64,000 nucleotides of DNA from Lepidodermella squamata (taxonomy: Eukaryota; Animalia; Gastrotricha). The notes beneath the pieces are model-generated. The model made no database searches. It was not told where the DNA came from and worked only from the letters and a program-made list of their open reading frames with translations. The stretch's first letter is position 1. Each line of letters begins with the position of its first letter. The position numbers and the translations under genes were made by a program. Below, piece by piece: positions 1 to 16,032 of the stretch. The stretch is taken from positions 2,170,001-2,234,000 of the forward strand of contig JBLDXI010000029.1 of the NCBI GenBank assembly GCA_047495785.1. The letters are read 5' to 3'.

Positions 1-800
1 TTCTCCATTTCCTCGGCATCTGAAGTGAAGTAAGTCATCTTCCCATACCACGCAACGGTCACGTTTCGTGACTCGAGCATGCGGATCATTAGGGATTCGG
101 TCGCTGTAAAATACTCGATCATATCTCCGAGGACAGCAACTCTTTTCCAGTTCATGGAGACCATGAAAGACGCTAGAGCCTCATGTCCGATACCGGCCCT
201 GTCGCCGAGTGAAAAGAAGGAATTGTATCGCTGCCTGTTATGATAAAGCTGCGGTGAGAGCGGGATCATTAGAAGCTGTAATGTTGAAACCCGAAGAATT
301 GCAAAAATTTCTGGCTGATACTAACTTACACTAGCTACGCCATAATGACCAAGGGATTCACCAACTGCGAGTTGCGAGATTGTTGAACATCCAGGATTGA
401 GGAAAATCGGCAGTCTAGCTTCATCGCTCTCATGAACGAATTTAGGCATAATATACTTTATCATCAAATCGTCACTGCATTCGTCATCAATCAGTTCCAC
501 GGCTAGTTCGAAACCGGGCAGGAAATCTCCTGAAGTAAACAGCCGATCTAATGCTACTTCAATCGATTTGGTCATTAGGGCACCGGCTGGGATGATAGGA
601 CCTCCGTAGTTGAGCGACATTGGAATGGTCAACACCTTATCTCGAGTAGGATCAGTGCCGAAATTTCGTCTAACTGCAAAACGAGGCATGGGGTCTGCAA
701 GTGATACTGGTTGAACGTGTGATTGGAGCAGGATTTCTTCAATTTTCGCAGAATGAACTGACAAAACATTTATCATAAAAAATATCCGAGTTGATATCAT
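1..800 (-). CDS. Class C GPCR / GABA-B-like receptor, Venus-flytrap (ANF-receptor) N-terminus; 3' part lies outside the window
   Basis: ATG at 800 gives a signal-like MISTRIFFMINVLSVHSA. Motifs LPGFELAVELIDDEC and FLNPGCS. A 54-nt GT-AG intron (329-276) joins GVAS to LLMIPLSPQLYHNRQRYNSFF...MNWKRVAVL, typical of this ligand-binding domain. Confidence 0.8.
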
Positions 801-1198
801 CGCTACTTCGTATTTATATAAGAAGACACCTAAGTGAGTCCGAATCACTTTTTTGTCACTATCTATCTCAGACCTTCTGTTGGACAGCTGATCTACGTGA
901 CTTTAATAGTAAACATCCGATCGCTCAAGGCGTTTTTTTGCTCAGCTGATCAGCCTCTAATTCGGCTAATCATTGACGCTCATGTCCATGCAATCGCATT
1001 GCAGAAAAATGAAGGTTAAATCCTTTAAAGGGTTTTAACAGAATAATTGAACCTTGTAAGTCGTGTAATCAAATGAGATATTTACAAAATAAACAATTTT
1101 GGTGTCACAGAAAGCTCGTGCCATTTGGCACACGTGTTTCTTGTTCTAGCTACTTTTAAATTATTAACGTAAATTAATTCAGCCATCAAACAGAACAA

Positions 1199-4100
1199 AT
1201 GACTTTACGTAGTTTTATTGTTTTAACAGCGTTGTTGATCTGTTGTTGTTCAGCCTCGATTGAAAATGACGAAGATTACCCGACTGTGAACGAGGACCAC
1301 CACACTGAGGAGGTTTATTCAATAAACACTTCATTTGGGGTTGTTATTTTATTTTCAATTTTAGCGTTTTCAAAGCAGCAAAACCTATCATGACGAAGAT
1401 TACCCAATCGACGGAACTGGAGATAAAGCAAGGTCAGGCGAACAGTTTGAGACTTATGGAGGCGATGATGGGAACGGAGCTGCTCAAGAAGTCGAAGATG
1501 CCGAATCTCAGCGAGCTGAAATAGCAGAAATTTACCAAGAAATCGACGATCTGTTACAAGACGTCAGTGGATTTCAATAAGCTTATTTCAAATCTTATCT
1601 TGATTCTTGATCCATACTAGGACACGGATGATACCGCAGTCGAGGAGAGGTTTCAAGGTTTTGGCGATGAAGATGAAGACGATGAAGAAAGGATGTTCAA
1701 GCAACCAGTCGAGACTGCTGGTTGTGGCGTTCGATACACTGTCGACCAAGCTAGAGCCCTTCTCAACAAAATCAGAGCTGATATGGGCCAGAAGGTCGAT
1801 GGCGAGATACTCGCTGGCGAAAAGGCCAGCAAATGGAATCTGCCTATTCATTACACCTTCGACCCAGCTATTCGTAAGTTACACTGTTACAGTTCCAATA
1901 AAGACATCATTTGAATACTCTATTTAGCTGAAAATGTTCGTGGTCTTATTCGAAATGCCACGCGAGAATGGGAACGGCTGACATGTATCCGGTTTGAGGA
2001 AGTAGAATCAGCACTGGATAATTCTCATGGCATCAAATTTGTTCGAGGGAAAGGGTGAGAATCGAATTTATGTCTCACGTCTGTCTTTGCTCAATATTTC
2101 ATTTCTTTTGTTTTCTAGCTGCTATTCATTTTTCGGCAAATTGAAGTTTCAAGAATTTCAAAATATCTCAATCGGGAAAGGCTGTGATCATGTAAGCGTC
2201 GATTCAATACCTCAACTAAAAATAATTTTTATGTAATTTTTCTAAATAGCCCGGAATTATTGCCAATGAAATTGGCCACGCCCTCAGCACAGTAAGCTTA
2301 TCTTGAATTTTCGACCTATTTAGGCATATTTTTCAGGGACTCGAGACATCTGAGTTGCAGAAAGCAACAAAAGGCTCTCGAAAGAGGATTATCAAGTATG
2401 TTGAATTTTGACCCAAGTATGAATCATGTTCCGAATCTTATTTAGAAATAACCGTAGTACAACAACTGCGAAGCCTAAACGGCGCGGTCGGATAAGCACG
2501 CCAACCCTATCGGACTTGCGTTACACGACTTGCCTCGGGCAGTTGACTGGCATTGTTTTTGGCGATGCAAAGCGGATCAACGAGCATTATCAGTGCTTAA
2601 GTGAGTTGTTCTGAATTTATATCGCGATCAATAGATCTTAACTTCCTTAACTTCCTAAATTGTCAGAGAACCATTGCCGCTCAAGCAGATCTTCAAGCAT
2701 GTGCAAAAATGGTGGCTTCGTGGACCCGAACAACTGCCGTAGATGCATTTGCCCTGATGGTTTCGGCGGGAAAACTTGTGCAGATATCGAACCAACGAAA
2801 TGTGGCGGTATTGTTAAAGTAAAAGCCGGTTCTTTCGGCCGAATTCAGTCTCCCAATTTTCCTCGTAAATACCCTCAAAATACACGATGCGTTTGGTGGA
2901 TCCAAGCTGTAAGTTTGCCAAATTAGCAAAATAATCATGTGCCCTGTGATTTCATCTATTTCTAGCCTGCCGGGAGACAACTGGTTTTTGGCTTCAATGC
3001 AAAGCCTCAGCTCGGGTTATCAAAATTCAATAAAGGTGACTTCGCCAATCATTTTAATCCTCACTTGTTACAATTCAGTCTAGACCTGTGCGACGATTTT
3101 GTTGAAATTAAAACTGACCACGATATGACTAAGAGTGGAAGAAGGTTAGTTTTCGAAAACATCAGCCAGTTGCACTATGGAACGTTTAATTTTTAGGTTT
3201 TGCTCGGTCGGGCCTTCATCAGGCCGCGTGGCTTACACGGATAAGAATTTCGCTATCGTTATATTTGAATCGCACGCTGTTGAAGATAAGAGGAAAACCG
3301 GATTTCAACTCACAGTTTACGTGACTGATGCTGGCGAGAGTTCCGCTGAAATCGCTAGGTCAGACTGTCGACTAACGAAATCTGGATATGACTACGAAGG
3401 CCCTCGGGCTACGACAGATTCCGGCAAAGAATGCGCAGATTGGAACAATGTGACGCCGAAATTGAACCCGGACTACTTCCCTCATGGAGTTATAACTAGC
3501 AACGAGTGTCGCGTGCCAATGGCCTCAAAGGCGCCATTTTGCCATCTGAAATCGAACCTGAAGAAGTTCGAATACTGCGCTAAAATTCCAATGTGTGGCA
3601 GTGGTGAATCGCGGTCGAGTGTAGGTGGCGAAGATCGATTGGTCAAGTCTTTCTTCCTTATCGAAGGGTCGACATGGCTTGAGGCAAACGAAAAGTGTCG
3701 AGATGAAGGCGGCTCACCTGCTGTTCTCACCAATGAAGAAGATAAAGAGCATGCTCTATCATTTCTGGGTAAATCATCGGTGTGGATTGGTATGCGACTG
3801 CTGTTGAAAAACAGTTGCTACTGGGTCAACGGATCGAGGCTGAACTCGGAAGGCCGTGGTATCACCGAAGGCGGTTGCTTGAGTTATCGGCCCTCCGATG
3901 GCTCCGGCTTTGAATCCGAATTTGACGAATGCACTAACTTGAAGCCGTTCATTTGCCAAACGATCGTTTCAGCTACGGTTTGTTTTATCTAGATCAAGAG
4001 TTTGAGGCTTTTGATTCTTGACTTTTGTTATAAAAGATTTCTAGCCTAAGCTTTGATGTCCAAAACTTATCATGGCACGAAGCAGCATCGTTCTGTGAAA

Positions 4101-4471
4101 GCAGTTATGGCTTTCTCGCTGTTGCGACTTCTGCAGCCAAAATCGGTCAGATGAATGCATTGTTGGCGAATTTTGCTGATCGAACTGCCGATGGCGTCTG
4201 GGTCGGGGCTAGTTGCTCCGCTGTTGATGAGTGGCAATGGTACGGCGGTTCGGTTGTATCTGAAGACCAAGCACCTCCATTATCACGCGAGCATCAATGT
4301 AAGAATGTTTTATAGGCTGTGTTCCTATCGGTTATCAACTGCCTATTTCCTGTAGGTGGATCGCTTTGGCCGAATGGCACAATCTCAGCATCTTCCTGCA
4401 GCCAAAGGACGCAAATGCTGTGTCAATTTTACAAGGCGCCTGATGATAATGACGATTCAATTACTGATTAA
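1199..4471 (+). CDS. Secreted astacin-like (degenerate active site)-EGF-CUB-kringle-C-type lectin x2 protein, multi-exon
   Basis: Signal peptide, acidic pro-region, WNLPIHYTFD, WERLTCIRF, GCYSFFG, SIGKGC, then NEIGHALST in place of HExxH. EGF CKNGGFVDPNNCRRCICPDGFGGKTC, CUB IQSPNFPRKYPQNTRCVWWI, kringle GYDYEG..TDSGKECADW, two lectin domains (TWLEANEKC..VWIG; SWHEAASFC..VWVG). The junctions traced are ~50-60-nt GT-AG introns that keep frame; TAA at 4469-4471. Confidence 0.85.
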
Positions 4472-5086
4472 CCTGACTGTGGGGTGTGATGGGCAACATT
4501 TCTAAACATGTTAGCTTCTATCTATGATAGGTTTTATGTTACCGCTTCAATTTCGAAAGAAAAGTAAGATTTCACAGGGCATTCCCTTCCGTTGCTCTGG
4601 TTCATTTTTGTTGATATTGGTAATGATGAATAAACACGGCTGTTTTACTCTGTTACACCTTCCAAAACTTAAAATTAATTGTAAATTCGCAAGGTCCCGT
4701 AAACTCCCGTAGAAGGCCGTTTTGAAATGCGAGTAAGAAGTGGACGAAGACGGGTGGCGGTTGTTCTGCTTGCAGCTGCTCGTCCCACCTCAAAGGTTTG
4801 GCGTGATTAATATTGAAGATAAAGATAGGGCGACGATGGAAAAAACAACTGGATATCTGGCGTAAAGTATGAATAATTTTGTATATATTATCATTTTATC
4901 TCATTGAGAAGAAGCGGCGAGAAGATTTAGCTAATTGCTCAGCGGGATAAATTCTGCGGCGCAGTTACAGGCCTATCCCAATGAACACCAATTTTACAGA
5001 CAGATCCTTATGTTCTAAACACTCAACCGCGATATCTCAGTCTAAAAATAACACATGGCACAATAAGCATTATTCTTTTCCAAGAA

Positions 5087-7294
5087 ATGGCGGCTTATCT
5101 GCCGCCTAAACGCCCTCGCAAGTTGTGCTGTAGTAGCGGACGAGTTCGCCGCAAGTTTACTCATCTTAAATTCCGTGACCTCAGAAGTGGGAATAGTGAG
5201 CTTATAAATACCTGCGGCTTGGACATGCTTCTAAATAGCATCAAAATGAACAGCGATAATCCGTTTTTCAAAAATTATCGGCAGACTCGTCCAATCATCG
5301 ATAGTGATGGTGAGGATGATGAGGTTGGTCGACTGGCAGACCAAGTTAGCCGTTTCCATCTGACTACTCAAGGTTGGATAAATAAGCTTGAGGTGGAATT
5401 CACTGATAAAGTCGACACGTTGTCACTGCTGGTCCAGGATTTAACGCTTGACTTGGAATCGTTAACGACACGGTTCGACAATGGGCAGCAGGCGATGCGA
5501 GCAGAACTTGATTCGGTGAATAAGAAGTTGTCTGAAAACGATTGGATCGGTGGGAGTGTTAGCGAACTTCAGCAGAAAGTGAGCATTCTTTCGGGGCAAG
5601 TGGTGGATATTCAAGCTAAACTGGACAAGGCACCTGAAGATGTTAAAATTAAAATCAATGGCGAAGTAGAAAGACTAACTGAAATTCTGGCAGATAAGGA
5701 GCGAAGGATATCTGAATTATCGACACGCTTGGCTCAAGTTGAGACGAGAATAGCTGAGCCGAAACCAAGTAAGATGGAACTTTCGCTTTTGCTACTTGAA
5801 GAGATGGTAATGAACGATTACGGCAATATTCCTCCGCCAGAAATTCAGCCTGAAATTGTTAGCTACCAGTCGCCAATAGCCGAGGCCGATGTTCAGAATG
5901 AAAATGCTGGAATGAAATTATTCGAAGAAATCTTACACTCGATAATGGCAACTACGACCGCAGATTCACTGGATGATGAAACTAGCGATTCCGAATCTTC
6001 AGACAGCACCTCCTCAGATGGGAGCTCCGGTGATAGACCTGCTTCCGGTGCATATTCGACAGAAAAAGTCAGCAATTCATTGGATAAAGGGGAAATCGTT
6101 GAAGGGACGTCTTTCTCAACTTCGAAGCCATCAATGCCTTGTAAGCGGAAACTATCTCTACCCCTTGAGCAGGATGACTCGACTAGCCAAAAAGCCGTTG
6201 CTACAGGCGAGAATGACTCTGTCACTCTGAATCACAATGATGAGGATTTATCTGTTAACCTCAGCGATGACAATAATTCCTACATGGGAGATCAGGATAT
6301 CATTGCTGAATGCGGAAATGGTTTATCTGATAACGAAGGATCCATGACTAGTCGCGATAAGGAGCTTGAGGAGACCGTGGCAAATTCGACGGTAGTTGAA
6401 GATGGCATTGACAGATCTGCTCATAATCCTGCTACCGGCATCGAAACCGAACGAAAGGAGACATTGGTGCTATATGCTAATTTCAGTGAAACGGTCCAAC
6501 TCGTCTTGGGAACGAATTCTGCAGAATCGAATTCGCCAACTGATGTAGCGACGGTCGACGACACTGAGGCAAACCCTGCGACTGTGGAGCGAAATTCGCT
6601 TGAAGCAAGTATTTGCCAATCAGCTGCCGATGAGAGCGAAGCACAAGGAAACAATTCATGCCCTGAAACTTCTCTTCCGGATGATCCCCAGGACGCGTCC
6701 GCGATAACGGCCGCTCATGACTCAGAAAGTGGTAATGGCGGAGCGGCCTCGACGTCACCGAGCCATGTAAGTCCAACGAATTCCGCTATTGTGGCAGATA
6801 AAGCAGAAAGTGGAAGTGCGGAGTCTGAATCTGGGGATGTTGAGGAGGAGCCTAACGTTGAGGAGGCGGAACAAGGGCAAAACAATATTTCTAGCAGGCG
6901 TGCCTCGTCTGCGAGCGAAGGTAACATGGATAATCTGAGCTCGGGCATTGAGAGTCCAATACCTGAGATAACTGTAGAAAATCGCTCGGCACCTGGGATC
7001 ACTAATTCCCAAGACGAAAATGCTCTTCACGCGGACTCTGGGGACCTAGACAACAGTTTCAATCAGCTCGGAGCAGAGAATGCAACTGAGATGGCTAATC
7101 CTGATGAGTTGTCATCACACTCTAGTATCCCTGCTGACTCAGTGAATGATTCTTCTTCAACACAACCTTCATCAAGACAAAGCGATGGTCAGAGACGCGG
7201 AGTAGGCACTCTCGTCGAATTGATTATAATTGCGCTATTTGCAGCTATTTTGCACGGCTACGTCTTCATTTATAAACCTGAGCCAGCAATCTAA
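5087..7294 (+). CDS. Intronless orphan: N-terminal coiled coil, long acidic Ser/Glu/Asp/Asn-rich disordered region, C-terminal transmembrane anchor
   Basis: 735-codon ORF; heptad-like L/V/I periodicity at about aa 95-225; hydrophobic LVELIIIALFAAILHGYVFIY followed by only KPEPAI; AATAAA at ~7375. The true start may be a later ATG (5225 or 5246). Confidence 0.75.
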   Translation: MAAYLPPKRPRKLCCSSGRVRRKFTHLKFRDLRSGNSELINTCGLDMLLNSIKMNSDNPFFKNYRQTRPIIDSDGEDDEVGRLADQVSRFHLTTQGWINKLEVEFTDKVDTLSLLVQDLTLDLESLTTRFDNGQQAMRAELDSVNKKLSENDWIGGSVSELQQKVSILSGQVVDIQAKLDKAPEDVKIKINGEVERLTEILADKERRISELSTRLAQVETRIAEPKPSKMELSLLLLEEMVMNDYGNIPPPEIQPEIVSYQSPIAEADVQNENAGMKLFEEILHSIMATTTADSLDDETSDSESSDSTSSDGSSGDRPASGAYSTEKVSNSLDKGEIVEGTSFSTSKPSMPCKRKLSLPLEQDDSTSQKAVATGENDSVTLNHNDEDLSVNLSDDNNSYMGDQDIIAECGNGLSDNEGSMTSRDKELEETVANSTVVEDGIDRSAHNPATGIETERKETLVLYANFSETVQLVLGTNSAESNSPTDVATVDDTEANPATVERNSLEASICQSAADESEAQGNNSCPETSLPDDPQDASAITAAHDSESGNGGAASTSPSHVSPTNSAIVADKAESGSAESESGDVEEEPNVEEAEQGQNNISSRRASSASEGNMDNLSSGIESPIPEITVENRSAPGITNSQDENALHADSGDLDNSFNQLGAENATEMANPDELSSHSSIPADSVNDSSSTQPSSRQSDGQRRGVGTLVELIIIALFAAILHGYVFIYKPEPAI

Positions 7295-7573
7295 CTGGTC
7301 TTTCATGAGTGAAAAAATTGTGATTATAACTGATTCATTCTATTTATTCCTTTCCCCTTTTCCCCATGTCAGGAAATAAAATAAGCTGGTGGTTTCTTCG
7401 TTTATTGTACTTTTCGAGAAACATCAATGATAGCCGGGGTTGATAGTAATGACCCCAAAAGTGAACAGGTGTTTTGCCTTCTGATAAGAACAATTAGCAT
7501 ATCGAGGTTTCTGGAAACCTTCCATTCCTCGGAGAACAACCAAACAAAAAACCATCTGCTAACTCCAGAAATT

Positions 7574-10500
7574 ATGATTGCCAACAATTTCTTGGGAATA
7601 ACTTCCGTAATTATAGCTTTGAGTGGCGCATCAGACCTTGATGTTGCTTCCCGCATCAATTGTTTCCCGGAACAACAGGGAACTGACAAAGAGCCATGGA
7701 AGGTGACCAAAGAGCAATGTGAGAGACGAGGCTGCACCTTCGATCAAAACAATCAGGGTAACGCCTACGCGCCACCTTGTTATATGCATCCAGACAAAAT
7801 CGGCTACAAAGTGACGTATGCATGTCTTCAATGCAATGGAAAGTTGTTGCATGTTGAATTGGCACCATTGTCAAATGCCGTAATTTTCGACCCGCCAATA
7901 AAGCGTGCTTTATTCACTGCGCAAATTATGGCGAATTACCACTTGAGATTCAAGGTAAACAGGAGTGGAATATTCTGAGCTATTTTTATCACATCCAAGC
8001 TTAATTATTTTAGATAATTGACACGGATGAAACTAGATATGAAGTTCCATTCGAGTCGCCATTCGAAGCATCGAAGGAAGCCTCAGTCGAAACTGCTGAC
8101 TTCACAATCGATTTCAGTTACAACCCTTTCTCGTTTCGAGTGATTAGACGAAAAACTGGGGCTGTACTTTTCGATACGTCAATGGGTGGTTTTGTATTCT
8201 CGAATCGTTTCCTTCAAATCACAACGCGACTCCCATCCAATAATTTGTATGGCATTGGAGAGCATGAGCATCCAAACCTCAAGCACAACTTGCAGTACAA
8301 GGTAAGCTTGCCGATATAGCTGACCGTTAGCCGTTTTGTTCTTTTTCGCTAGACCTGGCCGATGTTTGCTCGCGACCAACCTTCACTTGGCGAGGTTAAA
8401 TTCCACTTTGTGATGACAAAATTCGACAGGTTTTCCTTAACAGGGACTGCCCCTTTATGGGGTCCACCCGATGTATATGGTGCTTGAAAATGATGGCAAT
8501 GCGCATGGTGTCTTTCTAATGAATTCAAATGCAATGGGTAGACTCCAAGCTTATATTTTAGAAAAATCACATAATTCAACTTCATTTTCCTAGAATATTC
8601 TCTTATCCCGGCGCCAGGCCTCATAATGCGATCGATAGGGGGTATTTTTGACTTCCACCTGTACACTGGGCCCACCCCTGAGAATGTTGTCCAGCAGCAT
8701 ACCGAGGTATAACATTAGACAAAAAAGCTCTTTTAAATAGGATGATCCTAATACAGTTTGTTGGGCGCCCGTATTTGCCTCCTTACTGGTCATTGGGGTT
8801 CCATCTCGCTCGTTGGGGCTATAATTCATTGTCCAATATGAGAAATGCTGTAGAGAGAACTAGGCGTTACGGTATCCCTCTCGACGTTATTTATGCTGAT
8901 ATCGACCACATGGACAAAATGCGAGGTAATGCTATGAAAAATCAGTGTACTAAATAATAATTTTCCCTAAGATTTCACGCTGGATAACAAAAATTTCGGA
9001 GAAATGCCAGCATACCTTTCAACCGAGAGGAAAACGAATGGATTGAGATCTGTCATTATTTTGGTAATCTTCTTCTTATCATTTTTTCGAAAATGAGGCC
9101 TAACTTCTAAACTAGGATCCTGCTGTTACTAACAACGTAACTAATTACGAACCGTGGAATGTATTGAACGGAAATGACACCTGGATTAAATGGTCGAATG
9201 GTGAAACAATGATGGGCTATGTTAGTCTAGTTTTTCCACCCTAAATCCTAAATCCCAGAGTTTCAAATGCTTTTCAGGTATGGCCTCCCGGGAAAACCGC
9301 TTTCCCAGATTTTTTCCTCAAACGGACTGGTGATGTTTGGAAGGACTTGATTATCCGCCATTCTAAAACGATACCTTTCGATGGCGTTTGGATTGATATG
9401 AATGAACCGAGTAATTTCGGCACAAACGAGCTAAAGCCATGGAACTGGCCCGAAGGCGAACCTGCCTGGAGCCTCAAATGCCCAGCTAGCGACTACGAAG
9501 ATCCACCATATCGCACTTGTTAGTTGATTCATTAATAGAAAACATTTCGACCTCCCATTTTACAATAGATGCAATAAGTCGATACGACTCGTGGAACAAG
9601 CCTGGTCGGCTCAGTGATAAAACCTTGTGCATGGAAGCTCGGCAGAATGACGGCGAATTCCGCCACTACGATGTTCACAACCTTTACGGATTCACCCAAA
9701 GCAAGCCAACTGTCGATGCCTTGGAAGCAGCTTACCCGGGTAAGAGAGGTTTCGTTTTGTCTAGATCTACTTTTGCTGGCAGTGGGCGACACGTCTCGCA
9801 CTGGTTGGGTGACAACGTAGCGTCGTGGACGCACCTGCGACGATCGATCATCGGAATGTATTTTTTAATTGAATAATACGAAAGCTGATGTTGAAAATCC
9901 TATAAATTCAGGCTTGAAATGAGCATGTTTGGAATACCGCACACCGGTCCTGATATTTGTGGATTCATAGGCGAGCCCTCGGCCGAGCTATGCAAACGCT
10001 GGATGCAGCTAGGCGCCTTCTACCCGTACAGCCGTAATCACAATGTTGAAAATACGAAAGATCAGGATCCAGGCTGGTTTGGGCCAGAAGTAGCCGAGCC
10101 TAGCAAATTTTGGATGCGAATTCGTTACAACTTACTGCCATACTTCTATACCCTGTTCTATTTGGCTCATGTCGAGGGCAGTACAGTGGCCAGGCCGCTT
10201 TTCCATGAATTTCCGAGCGATTCGCAAACTTGGGACATTGATTCGCAGTTCATGCTGGGATCAGCCTTACTAGTTGCCCCGGTTCTCGACCCTGGCAATG
10301 CTGATCTCAAAGCCTTCATTCCGACTGGAAAGTGGTTGAATCACGTGACACAAGGCTCGCCAATCGATCATTGTGGTGAAACAAAAGGGAAATACGTTAC
10401 CTTTAATGGCAATAAAGACATCACGTTGTTCCAACGAGGCGGCTCCATCGTAGTTTACCAAGGTCTTAACGAGGGCAACATTGTGTCAACTGCGAAAACG

Positions 10501-11125
10501 TAATATTTACAAACTTATTTTATTTTTTATTTACATCGATTTCCTCAGTCGATTGGAACCTTTTTCACTGAATGTTGTGTTTGATTGTGAGAATAAGGCT
10601 AGTGGAATCCTGTTTTGGGACGATGGAGAATCAAAAGGTATTCGGTTCAATCAACTTGAGTAATGTTATAGCCCCTCATTTTAAAGACACTGTCAAGAAT
10701 GGCAACTACTGGCTACTGGGATACGAAGCGAGCCTGAATAGCGTTTGTTTGAAACTTCTAATCAAGGGATACTCCTAATTACACTAAAACTTTCTCAATT
10801 TAAAGAATGAGGCGAAGCTTTCTGTTAGTATCAATCATCAATCCAAGGATCCAAATATTGGGTCTGGTCTGATTTACTCGTCGATCATGATTCATGGCTT
10901 GGAGAGAGAACCAAGTTTGTATGGTTTCGAGTGTCCGAGTTCCAAGCCTGATTGCTCTAAATCTGCGAGTTCAAGTGAATTCGCCAACGGAGTAAGCATT
11001 GCTGATAACCTTTCATTCATAACATTAATATTATTTTCGCATTAAAGAAGCTTACAATTAATTTGCTTTGGAATCAACCGACTCTTCAAGACGAATTTAA
11101 TCTGATAATCAAATTCAACCGGTAA
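7574..11125 (+). CDS. GH31 alpha-glucosidase (maltase-glucoamylase/sucrase-isomaltase/GAA-like) copy 1, with trefoil domain, probably secreted
   Basis: Trefoil-like [21 protein letters not shown]; YGIGEHEH; [15 protein letters not shown]; nucleophile WIDMNE (~9389); HWLGDN; GPDICGF; [15 protein letters not shown]; LFWDDGES; 14 short GT-AG introns traced; TAA at 11123-11125. Confidence 0.93.
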
Positions 11126-11350
11126 TGTGGAGCTACAAGCGTGTGAGCTGTAGAATAAGAGACTACAAAATACAGCATACGTTATCTATCAAACTTCCGC
11201 TTGCTTTTAGATTGGAATTGACGATTTGGGCTCAGTTCGAGTTCATTCCAGATTCCCACGCAACTACGCCCTAAAATGATTGTGTGCCGGAGGTCTTAAT
11301 AAAAGCTTGAACTAGGGAGTGGTGAGAACTCGATTCGGGTGGGACCTTAT

Positions 11351-11359
11351 CTTATCAGT
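11351..11359 (-). promoter_or_regulatory. Candidate GATA-factor site (ACTGATAAG) ~80 bp upstream of GH31 copy 2
   Basis: cttatcagt is the reverse complement of ACTGATAAG and is adjacent to a second cttatc. Motif match only. Confidence 0.3.
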
Positions 11360-11434
11360 CAGCAGTCTATTGTGTCAGTTTGAGAATAAGGTTGCGATAG
11401 ACAGAATCCGGATTCAGACGCAATTTTAATTGCA

Positions 11435-15181
<3,747 letters not shown>

Positions 15182-16032
15182 AAAGATACCAATCGCAATT
15201 TAGGACTTTTATTATTGTTAATGATCAGTGATTATGAATCAATTATGAGTTCAAAGTATTATATTGCAGAATAGCGTGAATATCGAAGACTGCTTTGAAA
15301 TAAAATGAAATTTGAAATTTATAAACAAAAGGCCATTTTTACGCGACATTTTGGAGACGCATGGGAAGTTATACTTGGAATATATATTACCTTGTTAAGC
15401 TCCCTAATTAAAGCAAAAATTAAGCTGCAGTGTACGAAGAGAGAATCAGAGGGAATCGGTACTTGCTGTTATTTTCCAGTTCGACAGGTAAAGTTGAGAA
15501 TATACTAGAAAAAACCTTTGGGGCCATTTGATCTACAATTCGGGTCAGCAAATATTCTTTAGTTCGACGATCCTGAGAAGGTGCTTGAAATGTCGGTGTA
15601 GTATCCTTATTCATACTTTGTCTCATAATTGCTTCATTATATTTTTTACGAACAAAGTATTGCGTACACTAATAGTCTGAGGTCATAAAACAACCCACAA
15701 GCTGATCTGCTCATGCGAAAATAATTGATAGCCAGCATGTGCTCCACGGGTAATGCGCCATATGCCACCTACATTATACGCTGCATAATTTTTCGTACAA
15801 TTTATTACGTTATTAGTTTTACAATTATATTCCGCGGTAATTCAAGCGGTAATTCATAGACCTAAATGTCTTTAGCGGGAGAGATTTTGCACTGACTTTG
15901 GTCTTCTTTTTACTGGGTCAACCCTTGTTAGCTATTAACTAAATTGGACACTTTCTTTTATTATAATTCCGAATTCAGCCCGTTTCTGGCCCGAAATCTC
16001 CTGGGGAATTGCTGATAGGATTTTTCGTAGAT

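Noticed and set aside
7200-7294. KASH domain at the end of the 735-aa orphan
   Set aside because: The post-TM tail is only ~6 aa and lacks the PPPX terminus.
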